Of a DNA stretch of 64,000 nt, positions 30,576-39,736 are shown in pieces (the first letter of the stretch is position 1; each line of letters opens with the position of its first letter). The translations under genes and the position numbers were made by a program. Under the pieces are notes generated by a model, which ran no database searches, was not told the DNA's origin, and saw nothing but the letters and a program-made list of their open reading frames with translations. Origin of the DNA: Capsulimonadaceae bacterium (GTDB taxonomy: Bacteria; Armatimonadota; Armatimonadia; Armatimonadales; Capsulimonadaceae); NCBI GenBank assembly GCA_965215505.1, contig OZ244065.1, positions 1,952,001 to 2,016,000 of the forward strand. Direction: 5' to 3'.

Positions 30576-31484
30576 ATGATCGTGATCGCAAGTGCGAACG
30601 GCAGCGTCGGCATGGAAGCGGCAATGGCCGCGCTCAGAGCGGGCGGGTCGGCCCTAGACGCCGTGGAGGCCGGGACGAAGATGGTGGAACTCAACCTGGA
30701 GGACCATTCCGTGGGGGTGGGCGGCTACCCGAACCTGCTGGGGGAGGTGGAACTGGACGCCTCCGTCATGGAAGGGACGACGCGCCGGGCGGGGGCCGTG
30801 GCCGCGCTGCGCGAGTACCCCCACCCGGTTTCGGTGGCGCGGGCCGTCCTGGAACACCTGCCGCAGCATCTTCTCTTGGCGGGCGAAGGCGCGGGCCGCT
30901 TCGCCGCCGAGCGTGGATTCGGAAAGATGCCGCTACTGACGCTGGAGGCGGAGGAGGCCTGGCGGCGGACCATCGCGGGCGGCATCATCGAGGACGCCGC
31001 CAATCTGTCGTTCCGGGTCAAGCTGGCGCAGGACCCGGAGCGGACGGTCGGGACGGTCAACTTCGTTGCACAGGACGCGCAAGGCCGCGTCGCCTCCGCC
31101 GTCAGCACGTCCGGCTGGGCCTTCAAGTATCCGGGCCGCGTCGGGGACAGTCCCATCATCGGCGCGGGCAATTATTGCGACGACCGTTACGGGGCCTGCG
31201 CGTGTACGGGCCTGGGCGAGTGGGCGATGCGCGCCGGCACCGCCCGCGTCGTGGTTTCCGGTTTGCAGCACGGGCTGTCGCTGTCCGAGGCTTGCGAGGG
31301 GGCCATCAGGGACCTGGCCGATATCCCCCTACCCCCGGACATCGAGCCGGTGATGAACCTGATCGCGCTGGACAAAGACGGACGCCACACAGCCTACACG
31401 ACGGCAGAGGGCCGGGCCTATGTCTGGCAGACGGCAGACATGGCGGCCTATGAGACGACGCCGCGGGTGCGGGTGAGGCTATAG
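30576..31484 (+). CDS. Type 2 asparaginase (isoaspartyl peptidase/glycosylasparaginase, Ntn hydrolase)
   Basis: SALDAVEAG, SVGVGG.P, ELDASVM, G|TV nucleophile site, STSG, PGRVGDSPIIGAG and TGLGE motifs. Confidence 0.9.
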   Translation: MIVIASANGSVGMEAAMAALRAGGSALDAVEAGTKMVELNLEDHSVGVGGYPNLLGEVELDASVMEGTTRRAGAVAALREYPHPVSVARAVLEHLPQHLLLAGEGAGRFAAERGFGKMPLLTLEAEEAWRRTIAGGIIEDAANLSFRVKLAQDPERTVGTVNFVAQDAQGRVASAVSTSGWAFKYPGRVGDSPIIGAGNYCDDRYGACACTGLGEWAMRAGTARVVVSGLQHGLSLSEACEGAIRDLADIPLPPDIEPVMNLIALDKDGRHTAYTTAEGRAYVWQTADMAAYETTPRVRVRL

Positions 31485-31492
31485 GAAGAAGA

Positions 31493-31524
31493 CCCCACCC
31501 CCGGCGCGGGCGCCGGGGGTGGGG
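31493..31524. repeat. Short palindrome matching the outer ends of the 18867-19027 element
   Basis: CCCCACCCCCGGCGCGGGCGCCGGGGGTGGGG. Confidence 0.75.
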
Positions 31525-31538
31525 GCCGCCCCGCGACA

Positions 31539-31572
31539 GAAAGCCCGCCCCTCATGCGAGGAGCGGGCTTTC
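31539..31572 (-). terminator. Terminator downstream of rpmA
   Basis: GAAAGCCCGC...GCGGGCTTTC hairpin. Confidence 0.6.
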
Positions 31573-31598
31573 ATTCGATACCTACAGCGGTTCGCGGA

Positions 31599-31892
31599 CT
31601 AATCCAGCGCGTCCAGGCCCGTCGGGGCGACGGGGGGCGGCGTGGGGTAGACGCTGATGCGGCGGGTCTCGCGGCTCTTGCCTTCGAACTTGACGTAGCC
31701 CTCGATCAGCGAATACAGGGTGTGGTCGCGGCCCATGCCGACGTTGACGCCCGGATCGAACTGCGTGCCGCGCTGGCGGATGAGGATGTTGCCGGCCTTG
31801 ACCTTCTCGCCGGCGAACTCTTTGACGCCCAGCATCTTGGGGTTGCTATCGCGGCCGTTGCGGGTCGAGCCGACCCCTTTTTTGTGTGCCAT
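31599..31892 (-). CDS. rpmA: 50S ribosomal protein L27
   Basis: [21 protein letters not shown] and GRDHTL motifs. Confidence 0.98.
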   Translation of the reverse strand: MAHKKGVGSTRNGRDSNPKMLGVKEFAGEKVKAGNILIRQRGTQFDPGVNVGMGRDHTLYSLIEGYVKFEGKSRETRRISVYPTPPPVAPTGLDALD

Positions 31893-31913
31893 TTCGTTTA
31901 CTCCTGAAGGGGA

Positions 31914-32225
31914 CTAGCCCGCCGAGATGGACTCGACGCGGACGCGGGTGAGCTGCTGGCGGTGGCCCCAGTGCTTGTGGATGTTCTTCTTGGGCTTGAA
32001 GGTGAAGGCGTTGATCTTCTTGCCCTTCGTCTGCTCCATGATGGTGACGGTGACGCTGGCCCCTTCAACGGTCGGCTTGCCCCACTGCGGGTTGTCGCCG
32101 CCGATGTAAAGCACTTCGCCCAGGGTCGTCGTCGCGCCCGCCTCGCCCTCGAACTTATCCACGGTGAGGATGTTCTTCTCTTCGACTCGGTATTGCTTGC
32201 CGCCGGCCCGAACGATTGCGTACAT
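31914..32225 (-). CDS. rplU: 50S ribosomal protein L21
   Basis: [18 protein letters not shown] motifs. Confidence 0.97.
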   Translation of the reverse strand: MYAIVRAGGKQYRVEEKNILTVDKFEGEAGATTTLGEVLYIGGDNPQWGKPTVEGASVTVTIMEQTKGKKINAFTFKPKKNIHKHWGHRQQLTRVRVESISAG

Positions 32226-32366
32226 GAAAATGCGTATCCTTTCGCGTGTGCGAACTTCTTCAAGATTTTTAAAGCATTTGCCCGAAGACAACGGGAGTTA
32301 GTATGACACAACGGCGGGCGGTTTGTCAAGGGTAGTATTGACAGTAGAACCGGGGATACGGCGGGC

Positions 32367-32882
32367 CTACAGAGTCCTCACCAAGTCCACGATCGTCTCG
32401 TCACCCTGGTGGTGACTGCCGTCGGAGGATGTGAACTGCCAATGCTTCAGGTGGGGTTCGGATTGGAGTTGTCGGTAGCCTAATCTGAGGTAGAGCGCCT
32501 GTGCCTCAGCATTGCCGGGAACATCCACGGCGATGTACAGGCTGTCACTGCCGCCGTCCTTCGCGATCGTCTCCATGCCACGGATGAAGAACGAGCCGTA
32601 ACCCTTACGTCGCTGTTCCGGCAGGACGAGGAGGTCAACGATCTGCGGCAGGTGCAGCGTGTCCCCTGCATCCGACCAGTGGGAAGGGCGCGAAAAGACC
32701 AGGCAGGCGAAGCCGATGACCGCTTCCGCTTTGGTCAGCACAAGGTATCGGAAGCCGCGCGGAGTGGCGGCGTCCCGGAGGCGGTCGCGGTGAATCGCCT
32801 CGGGGGATTTGAGTACCGTAAGGATCGGTAGGTCCTCAGCCCGCGCATCGCGGACGGCAAGAGTGTCACTCGGGTGCTGCAT
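32367..32882 (-). CDS. GNAT family N-acetyltransferase
   Basis: LLVLPEQRRKGYGS and N..AQALY.RLGY motifs. Confidence 0.88.
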   Translation of the reverse strand: MQHPSDTLAVRDARAEDLPILTVLKSPEAIHRDRLRDAATPRGFRYLVLTKAEAVIGFACLVFSRPSHWSDAGDTLHLPQIVDLLVLPEQRRKGYGSFFIRGMETIAKDGGSDSLYIAVDVPGNAEAQALYLRLGYRQLQSEPHLKHWQFTSSDGSHHQGDETIVDLVRTL

Positions 32883-32883
32883 T

Positions 32884-34203
32884 TTAGCGCAGCACAAGCC
32901 GGGCAGGAAGGTCTTTCCCAATGCCCGCATCCTGGCCGATCACGGAGACGGCATCGCCGGGCTTTAGGGAGGTCTGCGAGAAGCCCGCCGCGTCCGACTC
33001 CAGGAGCGCGCGGTAGCTGGTCTGGGCGTCCAGGCGGATGACCTTGGGGCGGGCCTGCGGCAGCGTCACGACCTTGCCGTCGGGCTGGACGATCTGGCGG
33101 GCCAGCAGGGTGAAGCCGGTCGGGCCGAAGCCGTCCGGCGCGATGACGCCTTCGATGCGGAGTTCGCCGACGCGGGGCAGCAGGAGCGGCACGTCGGGGG
33201 CCGCCGGGGCGGGGGCTGGAGGGGCCTCAGTGTCCGTGCCCGCATCGTCCGAAGAGGTGACGCGGAGATGGTCAATCCAGACGGTGCCGGTCTGTTTGCC
33301 GAGCAGGAACTGCGGGAAGCCGACCGGATGGCCGGTGGAGCCGTGGGGGATGATGCGGAAGGCGTAGTCACGCCAGGAGGTGTTCAGGGCGACATACTGC
33401 TGGTCGCAGATCGGGTGGTAGTCGCCGTCCGAGACGCCCCCCATGAGCATCATGTCGCGCGGCGCGTTCGCCTTCGCGCGGAACCGGACGGTGATGGGGA
33501 CGCCGTCTTTGACTGAGGCGTTCAGCCGGCCGAGCTGGACGTGCCACGCTTCGCCGTCCGTCCTCGTGATCGTCGTCACCTGCGCCGTGTCCTCGGTCGT
33601 CAGAGTGGCCTCGGCAGGGTCGAAGTGCTGGAGGTTCCAGAAGGGCGGGTCGGAAGGGCGCGTGACGACCGCTCCTTCGGCGGCCCGCGTCAAAGAAACA
33701 TCGGCAAGGTAGGTGGTGCCGACCGCGTTTCCGATGGTGAACTGCGGGCAGATGATCGCGCCGTCGCTTCGGTCGCTGACGAGGAACGTGTATTCGAATG
33801 TGCGCCACTCGGGGCGGAGATCAGCGACCTGACGTAATCCGATGCCGTGGTAGTCGCCGCCCGCCGTCAGGGCATAGACGGGGAGGGTGCGCCGAGCGTC
33901 GGCCTTGGCGCGGAAGCGGAGGGTGTAAAGCTGGCCTTCTTCCAGGGCGGGGCCGGAGTACTGGAACAGGCCGTGATAGGGCACGGAGTCCACGGCGGTC
34001 GTCGTGATGATGTCCGCGCCGCCCGCGCGTTTGAGGGTCGCCTTCGCCTTGCCGCCGACCTTGAGGCGCCAGTGTTTGGCGTCGGCGAGCGGCGTAAGAA
34101 GGTTAGGAGTGGGCGCGGACATGGCCGGGGGCGGCAGGAGAGGCCCGGCGAGGACGGAAAGCAGGCCGAGCAGGGCGGCGGAGGTGCGAACCGAAAAAGA
34201 CAT
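32884..34203 (-). CDS. Secreted protein with two CBM4/9-like carbohydrate-binding domains
   Basis: Signal peptide; two repeats of Y/ITLRFRAKA..R...W..Y...F...G.VW/YLD.V. Confidence 0.7.
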   Translation of the reverse strand: MSFSVRTSAALLGLLSVLAGPLLPPPAMSAPTPNLLTPLADAKHWRLKVGGKAKATLKRAGGADIITTTAVDSVPYHGLFQYSGPALEEGQLYTLRFRAKADARRTLPVYALTAGGDYHGIGLRQVADLRPEWRTFEYTFLVSDRSDGAIICPQFTIGNAVGTTYLADVSLTRAAEGAVVTRPSDPPFWNLQHFDPAEATLTTEDTAQVTTITRTDGEAWHVQLGRLNASVKDGVPITVRFRAKANAPRDMMLMGGVSDGDYHPICDQQYVALNTSWRDYAFRIIPHGSTGHPVGFPQFLLGKQTGTVWIDHLRVTSSDDAGTDTEAPPAPAPAAPDVPLLLPRVGELRIEGVIAPDGFGPTGFTLLARQIVQPDGKVVTLPQARPKVIRLDAQTSYRALLESDAAGFSQTSLKPGDAVSVIGQDAGIGKDLPARLVLR

Positions 34204-34263
34204 GATAATCCCTCATAATCCTTCCGGGCGCAGGCCGCCGCCCTGTTCTGTTGATGTTTGCGG

Positions 34264-36054
34264 TTACGCCGCCGCCCGCTCCCGGCCCCCGCGCCCGTTG
34301 TCGCCGCCCTGGCGCTCCCCGCCCGAGCGGTCGCCGCTAACGGGCTTGCCGCCGCTGGTCGTGACGACCTCGGCGATGGCGACGGAGCGGCGGACGTCGG
34401 TCAGGCGGACCTTGACGATCTGGCCGCCGAAGCGCGCGCCGTTGGACAGCTCCACCTGGAAGGCGCGCTGCGGCAGCAGGTGGGCGGTCGCCCACGGGGC
34501 GCGGTCGCCGTGCGGGTCGTCGCGGCCCACCTGCACCTCGACGGTCTGGCCGCGCCGGGGCGGGGTCAGCGCACCCTCGAACTTCTGGAGGCCGCCCTGG
34601 TCGATGTCGAACTTCTCGATGTGGTGCCAGGACGGGACCGAGCGGACATAGATCGAGCGGCGCAGGGCGCGCTCCAATTCCTCGATGTCTTCGCCCTGCG
34701 CGCCGATGAGGTGGGCGCAGACGTCCGGGTGGGCGCTGACGACGAACGCCTCGTGCGGGGTGGTGGCGGCCAGCTTCCGCAGCTCGCGCTCGATAGACAG
34801 GGAGACAGTCTCGGCGGAGTCGATGCGCCCCAATCCGTGGCAGTAGGGGCAGATCTCGGTCATGGCCGTGTCCACGGTTTCGCCGGTCCGCTTGCGGGTC
34901 ATCTCGATCAGGCCGAGCGCGGAGATGCTGGAGATCTTGGTGCGCGAGCGGTCGTCTTTGAGCGCCTTGACGAAGGCGTCCATGACGGCCTTCTTGTCGC
35001 GGGCGCTGTCCATGTCGATGAAGTCCAGGACGATCATGCCACCCAGGTCGCGCAGGCGGAGCTGGCGGGCGATCTCGTCGGTCGCCTCCAGGTTGGTCTT
35101 CAGGATGGTGTCGGACAGGCCGACGGTGCCGGTGAACTTGCCGGAGTTGACGTCAATGGAAACCAGGGCCTCGGTCTGGTCGATGACGAGCGAGCCGCCC
35201 GAGGGCAGCGGGACCTTGCGCTGCAAGAGTCGCTCGACGTCGGCTTCGATCTTGAAGTGTTCGAAGATGGGCTTGTCGCCGTCATACAGCTCGATCCGGT
35301 CTTGGAGGTCCGGCGACAGACGCGCGATGATCTCGTGCGCCTGCGCGTAGTCGGTCGGCGAGTCAATGACGAGCCGGCTGACGTCGGAGCCGAAGGCGTC
35401 TCGGAGGATCTTCAGGACGAGGCCCATGTCCTGATGGATCAGGGCGGGCGCGGGGGTCGTCTTGGCCTTCTGCTGGATGCCCTTCCAGGTTTCCAAAAGC
35501 ATCAAATAGTCCAGGCGAAGCTCGGCGGCGCTGCGGCCCTCCGACTCGGTGCGGACGATGACGCCCGTGCCCTGCTCCCGGAACTTCTGGACGATCTTTT
35601 TGAGCCGGTCCCGCTCTTTGCCTTCCTCGATCTTGCGCGAGACGCCGAGGTTGTTGGCGTCGGGCATCAGGACCAGGAAGCGGCCGGGCAGGGAGACGCG
35701 CGAGGAGACGCGCGACCCTTTGGTGCTGCGCGGGCCTTTGACGACCTGGACGAGAAGCTGGTCGCCGCGCCGCACCAAGTCGGTGATGTGGAGGTCGCGC
35801 CGGTTGCGGCGCGGGCCGCCGTCCTCGTCGTCTTCGGGCAGAATGTCGGCCACATAGAGGAAGGCGTTGCGCTCCAGGCCGATCTCGACGAAGGCCGCGT
35901 CCATGCCGGGCAGGACATTGTCCACTTTCGCTTTATACAGGTTGCCGACGACGCGCTGTTCGCGCTCGACGTGCAGTTCGGTCAACTGCTTGTCCAGCAG
36001 GACCGCGATGCGCGTCTCCCGGTGGTCCACGTTGACGATGATTTCTTTTGCCAT
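34264..36054 (-). CDS. Rne/Rng family ribonuclease with a C-terminal TRAM-like region
   Basis: S1 domain (VLPGMDAAFV), IDVNSG, TNLEA, RQLRLRDLGGMIVLDFIDM and CPYCHG motifs. Confidence 0.95.
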   Translation of the reverse strand: MAKEIIVNVDHRETRIAVLLDKQLTELHVEREQRVVGNLYKAKVDNVLPGMDAAFVEIGLERNAFLYVADILPEDDEDGGPRRNRRDLHITDLVRRGDQLLVQVVKGPRSTKGSRVSSRVSLPGRFLVLMPDANNLGVSRKIEEGKERDRLKKIVQKFREQGTGVIVRTESEGRSAAELRLDYLMLLETWKGIQQKAKTTPAPALIHQDMGLVLKILRDAFGSDVSRLVIDSPTDYAQAHEIIARLSPDLQDRIELYDGDKPIFEHFKIEADVERLLQRKVPLPSGGSLVIDQTEALVSIDVNSGKFTGTVGLSDTILKTNLEATDEIARQLRLRDLGGMIVLDFIDMDSARDKKAVMDAFVKALKDDRSRTKISSISALGLIEMTRKRTGETVDTAMTEICPYCHGLGRIDSAETVSLSIERELRKLAATTPHEAFVVSAHPDVCAHLIGAQGEDIEELERALRRSIYVRSVPSWHHIEKFDIDQGGLQKFEGALTPPRRGQTVEVQVGRDDPHGDRAPWATAHLLPQRAFQVELSNGARFGGQIVKVRLTDVRRSVAIAEVVTTSGGKPVSGDRSGGERQGGDNGRGGRERAAA

Positions 36055-36105
36055 TCCCTTACTCTTTCAGGTTGCTACCGGCGCTTCCAGCGCCGGTTAA
36101 AAATG

Positions 36106-36615
36106 CTAACGCCCGGTCAGGTGGTGCCAGAAGCGTCCTGCCGCGCCGCCACCGTCCCGCGCCGCCGGGGGGGCGGCCTCGGGGGGGGCGGAGGGCGCGA
36201 CGGGGGCGGTCAGGCCCTTCACCATGATGGGGCGCTCGCCGGGGCGGAGGTAGCCGTAGCTGCGGGCTTCGGAGGCGATCCCGTCGGTCGTCTGCAAATA
36301 GCGGATGCGGCGCGTGAGGTCCGCGTTCTGGGCCACGAGCGCGGCGCTCTCGCGCCGCGTGGCGGCGAGCTGGTCGCTCTGGACGCCGACCTCCCGGTAG
36401 GGCCGGGCGGCTTTGGCGACCAGACCGATGGCGAAGAAGACCAGGACCACGATCACTCCCAGCAGCAGGGCCAGGCGAGCCCAGAGGCCGAGGATGCGCC
36501 GGGGCCGTTTCCAGCCGGACTTGCCGCGCCGGGACCGGCGGCGGCTTTCCAGTTCGTCCGCCTCGATATGCGTGTTCCGGCGGGAGGGCCGGGCGTCTTG
36601 CGTGTCGCTGTCCAT
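36106..36615 (-). CDS. FtsB/DivIC-like septum formation initiator
   Basis: Single TM, coiled coil and EAR..GYLRPGE motif. Confidence 0.8.
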   Translation of the reverse strand: MDSDTQDARPSRRNTHIEADELESRRRSRRGKSGWKRPRRILGLWARLALLLGVIVVLVFFAIGLVAKAARPYREVGVQSDQLAATRRESAALVAQNADLTRRIRYLQTTDGIASEARSYGYLRPGERPIMVKGLTAPVAPSAPPEAAPPAARDGGGAAGRFWHHLTGR

Positions 36616-36653
36616 GATGACTTAGAATTACTCCGGGCCACTATTCCGGGTGA

Positions 36654-38090
36654 TTATTCCGGGCGCAGGGGCTGGCCGATGCGGTGGATCTTGATGAAAT
36701 TGGTGCTGCCGGGCCGGCCCACGGGGACGCCGCCGGTCAGGACCACCACGTCGTCGTTTTTGACCAGTCCGGTCTGCTCGGCGGCATCAATGCTGGCCTG
36801 CATCATGCTGTCCGAGTCGTCGGCGATCTCGACCAGGACCGGATGGACGCCCCAGACGAGGGCCAGCCGCTGGTACGTCTCGGGCAGGTTCGTGGCGCAG
36901 ATGATGGGCGCGCGGGGCCGGTAGCGCGAGACGACGCGGGCCGTCCTCCCGGTGGCCGAGGCGGTCAGGATGGCCGTACAGTTCAGGTCGTGCGCGATGT
37001 CGCAGGTGGCCTGTCCGACCGCGCCGGTGATGGACTGCCCGGTCTCGAGGTGCGTCTTCTCGTCGAGTATCTTGCCGTAGTCCAGCGACCCCTCGGTGTG
37101 GGTGGCGATCTTCGCCATCATGCGGACGGCCTCGAACGGGTACAGGCCGACCGCCGTCTCGCCCGAGAGCATGACGGCGTCGGTGCCGTCGAAGATGGCA
37201 TTCGCCACGTCGGACACCTCGGCGCGGGTCGGGCGGGGGTTGCGGATCATCGAGTCCAGCATCTGGGTGGCCGTGATGACCGGCTTGCCGGCCCGGTTGG
37301 CCTTGCGGATCAGCATCTTCTGGATGACCGGCACCTCGTCAATCGGCACCTCGACGCCGAGGTCGCCGCGCGCCACCATGATGCCGTCCACGGCCTCCAT
37401 GATGGCGTCAATGTTCTGGACCGCCTCATGCTTCTCGATCTTGGCGATCAGCGGGATCTTGGCGCGGGCGGCCTCGCAGACCCCGCGCAGCACGGCGATG
37501 TCGCTGGCCGTCCGGACGAACGAGGCGGCGACGTAGTCCACCTTCTGCGCGATGCCGAAGCGCAGGTCGTCCAGGTCCTTGTCGGTGACGGCGGCGATGG
37601 GCAGCGAGACGCCCGGCACGTTGACGCCCTTGTTGGACGACAGCAGGCCGCCGACGACCACCTCGCAGACGAGGGCGCTGGACCGCTTGGATTTGACCCG
37701 CAGCTCCAGCAGCCCGTCGTCGAGCATCAGGTGTGTCCCCGGCTTGACCGCCTCGAAGATCTCGGGGATGGGCAGGTTGACCTGGTTCTCGTCTCCCGGC
37801 ACGTCGTCCAGGGTCAGCGTGATCTCCGCGCCGGGCCTCAGCAGGACGCCCTCGCCGGCGATGGTGCCGACGCGCACCTTGGGGCCGGACAGGTCTTGCA
37901 GGAGTGCGAGCGGCGTGTTCAGGTCGCGGGCGATGGTACGGAGGTGGCCGATGACCTCGGCGTGCTGCTCGTGGGAGCCGTGGGAGAAGTTGAGGCGCGC
38001 GACGTTCATCCCCGCTTCCACGAGGTGGCGCAGGTTTTCGGGGCTGCGGGAGGCAGGCCCAATGGTGCAGACAATTTTGGTTCGGCGCAT
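36654..38090 (-). CDS. pyk: Pyruvate kinase
   Basis: RTKIVCTIGPAS, ARLNFSHG, AKIE, MVARGDLGVE, ATQML and MLSGETA motifs. Confidence 0.98.
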   Translation of the reverse strand: MRRTKIVCTIGPASRSPENLRHLVEAGMNVARLNFSHGSHEQHAEVIGHLRTIARDLNTPLALLQDLSGPKVRVGTIAGEGVLLRPGAEITLTLDDVPGDENQVNLPIPEIFEAVKPGTHLMLDDGLLELRVKSKRSSALVCEVVVGGLLSSNKGVNVPGVSLPIAAVTDKDLDDLRFGIAQKVDYVAASFVRTASDIAVLRGVCEAARAKIPLIAKIEKHEAVQNIDAIMEAVDGIMVARGDLGVEVPIDEVPVIQKMLIRKANRAGKPVITATQMLDSMIRNPRPTRAEVSDVANAIFDGTDAVMLSGETAVGLYPFEAVRMMAKIATHTEGSLDYGKILDEKTHLETGQSITGAVGQATCDIAHDLNCTAILTASATGRTARVVSRYRPRAPIICATNLPETYQRLALVWGVHPVLVEIADDSDSMMQASIDAAEQTGLVKNDDVVVLTGGVPVGRPGSTNFIKIHRIGQPLRPE

Positions 38091-38138
38091 CAGTGTGGGG
38101 GCCTTCGCGTGGGCGGCGTGTCGGGACGCTGCTTGATT

Positions 38139-38198
38139 ATTATAACCGATTACATCTCGTTCGTCAACATTGACGCGCATTCGGAACTATGTTACCAT
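38139..38198. promoter_or_regulatory. Back-to-back divergent sigma70 promoters (pyk and aspartyl protease)
   Basis: Minus: TTGACG(38167-38162)-17-TATAAT(38144-38139). Plus: TTGACG(38170)-17-TACCAT(38193), then 6 nt to ATG. Confidence 0.75.
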
Positions 38199-38204
38199 AA
38201 AGGC

Positions 38205-39347
38205 ATGAAAACGCTGCTGCTTCTATGTGTTCTGTGGGCGGCGGGGCTGGGCCGCGTCTGCGCCCAGGACGCTGTGACTGTGCCGTTCCAGTTCACAGGC
38301 GGTCATATTTTCGTACCCATCAGCATCAACGGGCAGGGACCGTTCACGGCGCTCTTTGACACCGGCAGTTCTTTGTTTCTGGTGACGCCCGCTCTCGCGA
38401 AGAGCCTGCATCTGGTGACGAACGGGGCGGCACGTGTGAACGGGCTGGGAGGGAAGACATTCGGAGCGGAAACGGCCGAGGCTGAAACCGTACAGATCGG
38501 CGGCGTCACGCTTCCCCATCCCGCCTTCGTCGTGGTTGACTTGGGGGAGGTCAGGGTCAATGCCGTCATCGGCGCTGAGATGCTGCGCCGTTTCGTCGTC
38601 CGGATAGATTACGACGCGCGCCTCCTGACCCTGACGCGCCCCGACAGGTTCGTCTACCGGGGCGGCGGAGTCGTGCTGCCCCTCCGACTGCACGGCGACA
38701 CTCCCGCCGTAGACGGGGCGGTGGACGGCGTCCGGGGCCGGTTCACCCTGGATACGGGGGCGGTGGGTGCCCTGGACCTGTTCGCCCCGTTCGTCCGGGC
38801 ACATGACCTGCGCCACAAGTACGCGGCGGGCTTCACCGGTACGACGGGGGTGGGCCTCGGCGGGGTCATGCAGGCGCAGTCCGTCCGCGTGGGAACCCTG
38901 ACGCTGGGTGCCGCCGAGGTGCCGGACGTCGCGACGGGCCTGTCTGCCGATCAGGGAGGGGCGTCTTCGGCGGCGGACATCGCGGGGAACATCGGGGAGG
39001 CCGTGCTGCGGCGGTTCAACCTGACCTTTGACTATGCGCACGGGCAGGTGATCTTGGAGAAGAACACCGGCTACGGCAGGCCCGAAGACGGCCACGCGGG
39101 GCTTGGGCTGGAGCCGCAGGGGCGGGCGTGGCGCGTGGTCAGCGTCACCCCGGACGGTGCGGCGGCGCAGGCGGGAATCAGGGAGAGCGACTGGGTTATT
39201 CAGATTGCGGGGAAGGATGCCGGGCAACTGTCCCCCGCCGCGCTCTCGGACGTCTTCCACCGGCCCGTCGGCAGGAAGGTTTGGCTGCTGCTCCAAGGGG
39301 GCGGGCAGAGACGGCTCGTGGCGGTGACGCTGGGGAGAGTGCCGTGA
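38205..39347 (+). CDS. Secreted double retropepsin-like aspartyl protease with C-terminal PDZ
   Basis: Signal peptide MKTLLLLC; two DTG motifs (FDTGSS, LDTGAV); PDZ-like tail (AAQAGI..D). Confidence 0.88.
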   Translation: MKTLLLLCVLWAAGLGRVCAQDAVTVPFQFTGGHIFVPISINGQGPFTALFDTGSSLFLVTPALAKSLHLVTNGAARVNGLGGKTFGAETAEAETVQIGGVTLPHPAFVVVDLGEVRVNAVIGAEMLRRFVVRIDYDARLLTLTRPDRFVYRGGGVVLPLRLHGDTPAVDGAVDGVRGRFTLDTGAVGALDLFAPFVRAHDLRHKYAAGFTGTTGVGLGGVMQAQSVRVGTLTLGAAEVPDVATGLSADQGGASSAADIAGNIGEAVLRRFNLTFDYAHGQVILEKNTGYGRPEDGHAGLGLEPQGRAWRVVSVTPDGAAAQAGIRESDWVIQIAGKDAGQLSPAALSDVFHRPVGRKVWLLLQGGGQRRLVAVTLGRVP

Positions 39348-39358
39348 TGGGGGCGGGG

Positions 39359-39456
39359 GAGGGCGCGGAGGGGAAAGAGGGCGCGGAGGGGAAAGAGGGC
39401 GCGGAGGGGAAAGAGGGCGCGGAGGGGAAAGAGGGCGCGATGAATCGCGCCCCTAC
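39359..39456 (+). repeat. 18-bp tandem repeat (4 units) running into a GTAG REP
   Basis: (GAGGGCGCGGAGGGGAAA)x4 followed by GAGGGCGCGATGAATCGCGCCCCTAC. Confidence 0.9.
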
Positions 39457-39482
39457 ATGGCCCGCATGGGCAGAGAGCGGGA

Positions 39483-39559
39483 TAGCCCATCGGGGATTTG
39501 AACCACCGGTTTCCGCGCCGAGAAGCGCGGCGTCCTGGGCCGGGCTAGACGAATGGGCC
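39483..39559 (-). tRNA. Non-canonical tRNA-Glu-like gene (8-nt anticodon loop, bulged T-stem, no encoded CCA)
   Basis: Minus strand GGCCCAT TC GTCT AGCCCGGCCCA GGAC G CCGCG CTTCTCGG CGCGG AAAC CGG(T)GG TTCAAAT CCCCG ATGGGCT A folds as a cloverleaf with a Glu-type D arm. Confidence 0.8.
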
Positions 39560-39602
39560 GTCTCGGGAGGGAGTATACCTGAGAAGATGTCAAGAAGCCG
39601 AT

Positions 39603-39718
39603 GCGGGCGGTTGAAACCGCGCCAACAAAAGCACAAAGTCTGCCTCCGCAGACTAAGACCGGTCCTGAACCTGCGAAGGCAGGTTTCGTGAACTCGTTGC
39701 CGCGACTTCAGTCGCCCG
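39603..39718. repeat. Composite palindromic repeat (GGCGGTTGAAACCGC / CCTGCGAAGGCAGG type)
   Basis: Outer arms GGGCGGTTGAAACCGCG / CGCGACTTCAGTCGCCC with inner hairpins GTCTGCCTCCGCAGAC and AACCTGCGAAGGCAGGTT. Confidence 0.65.
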
Positions 39719-39736
39719 ATCTACTCTTGATGGTCC

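Noticed and set aside
31599-32225. No prp (ysxB) gene between rplU and rpmA
   Set aside because: L27 starts directly at MAHKKG with no leader to cleave, which is the normal arrangement outside Firmicutes-like lineages.
34258-36924. 888-aa plus-strand ORF
   Set aside because: Antisense to the Rne/Rng, DivIC-like and pyk genes; no motifs.
36684-38204. Apparent 500-aa N-terminal extension of the aspartyl protease
   Set aside because: It is antisense to pyk. The real start is ATG 38205, with a signal peptide and promoter.
39359-39430. Possible CRISPR array or GAEGKE collagen-like ORF
   Set aside because: Repeats are contiguous with no spacers, no cas genes are present, and the ORF overlaps the protease and the tRNA.
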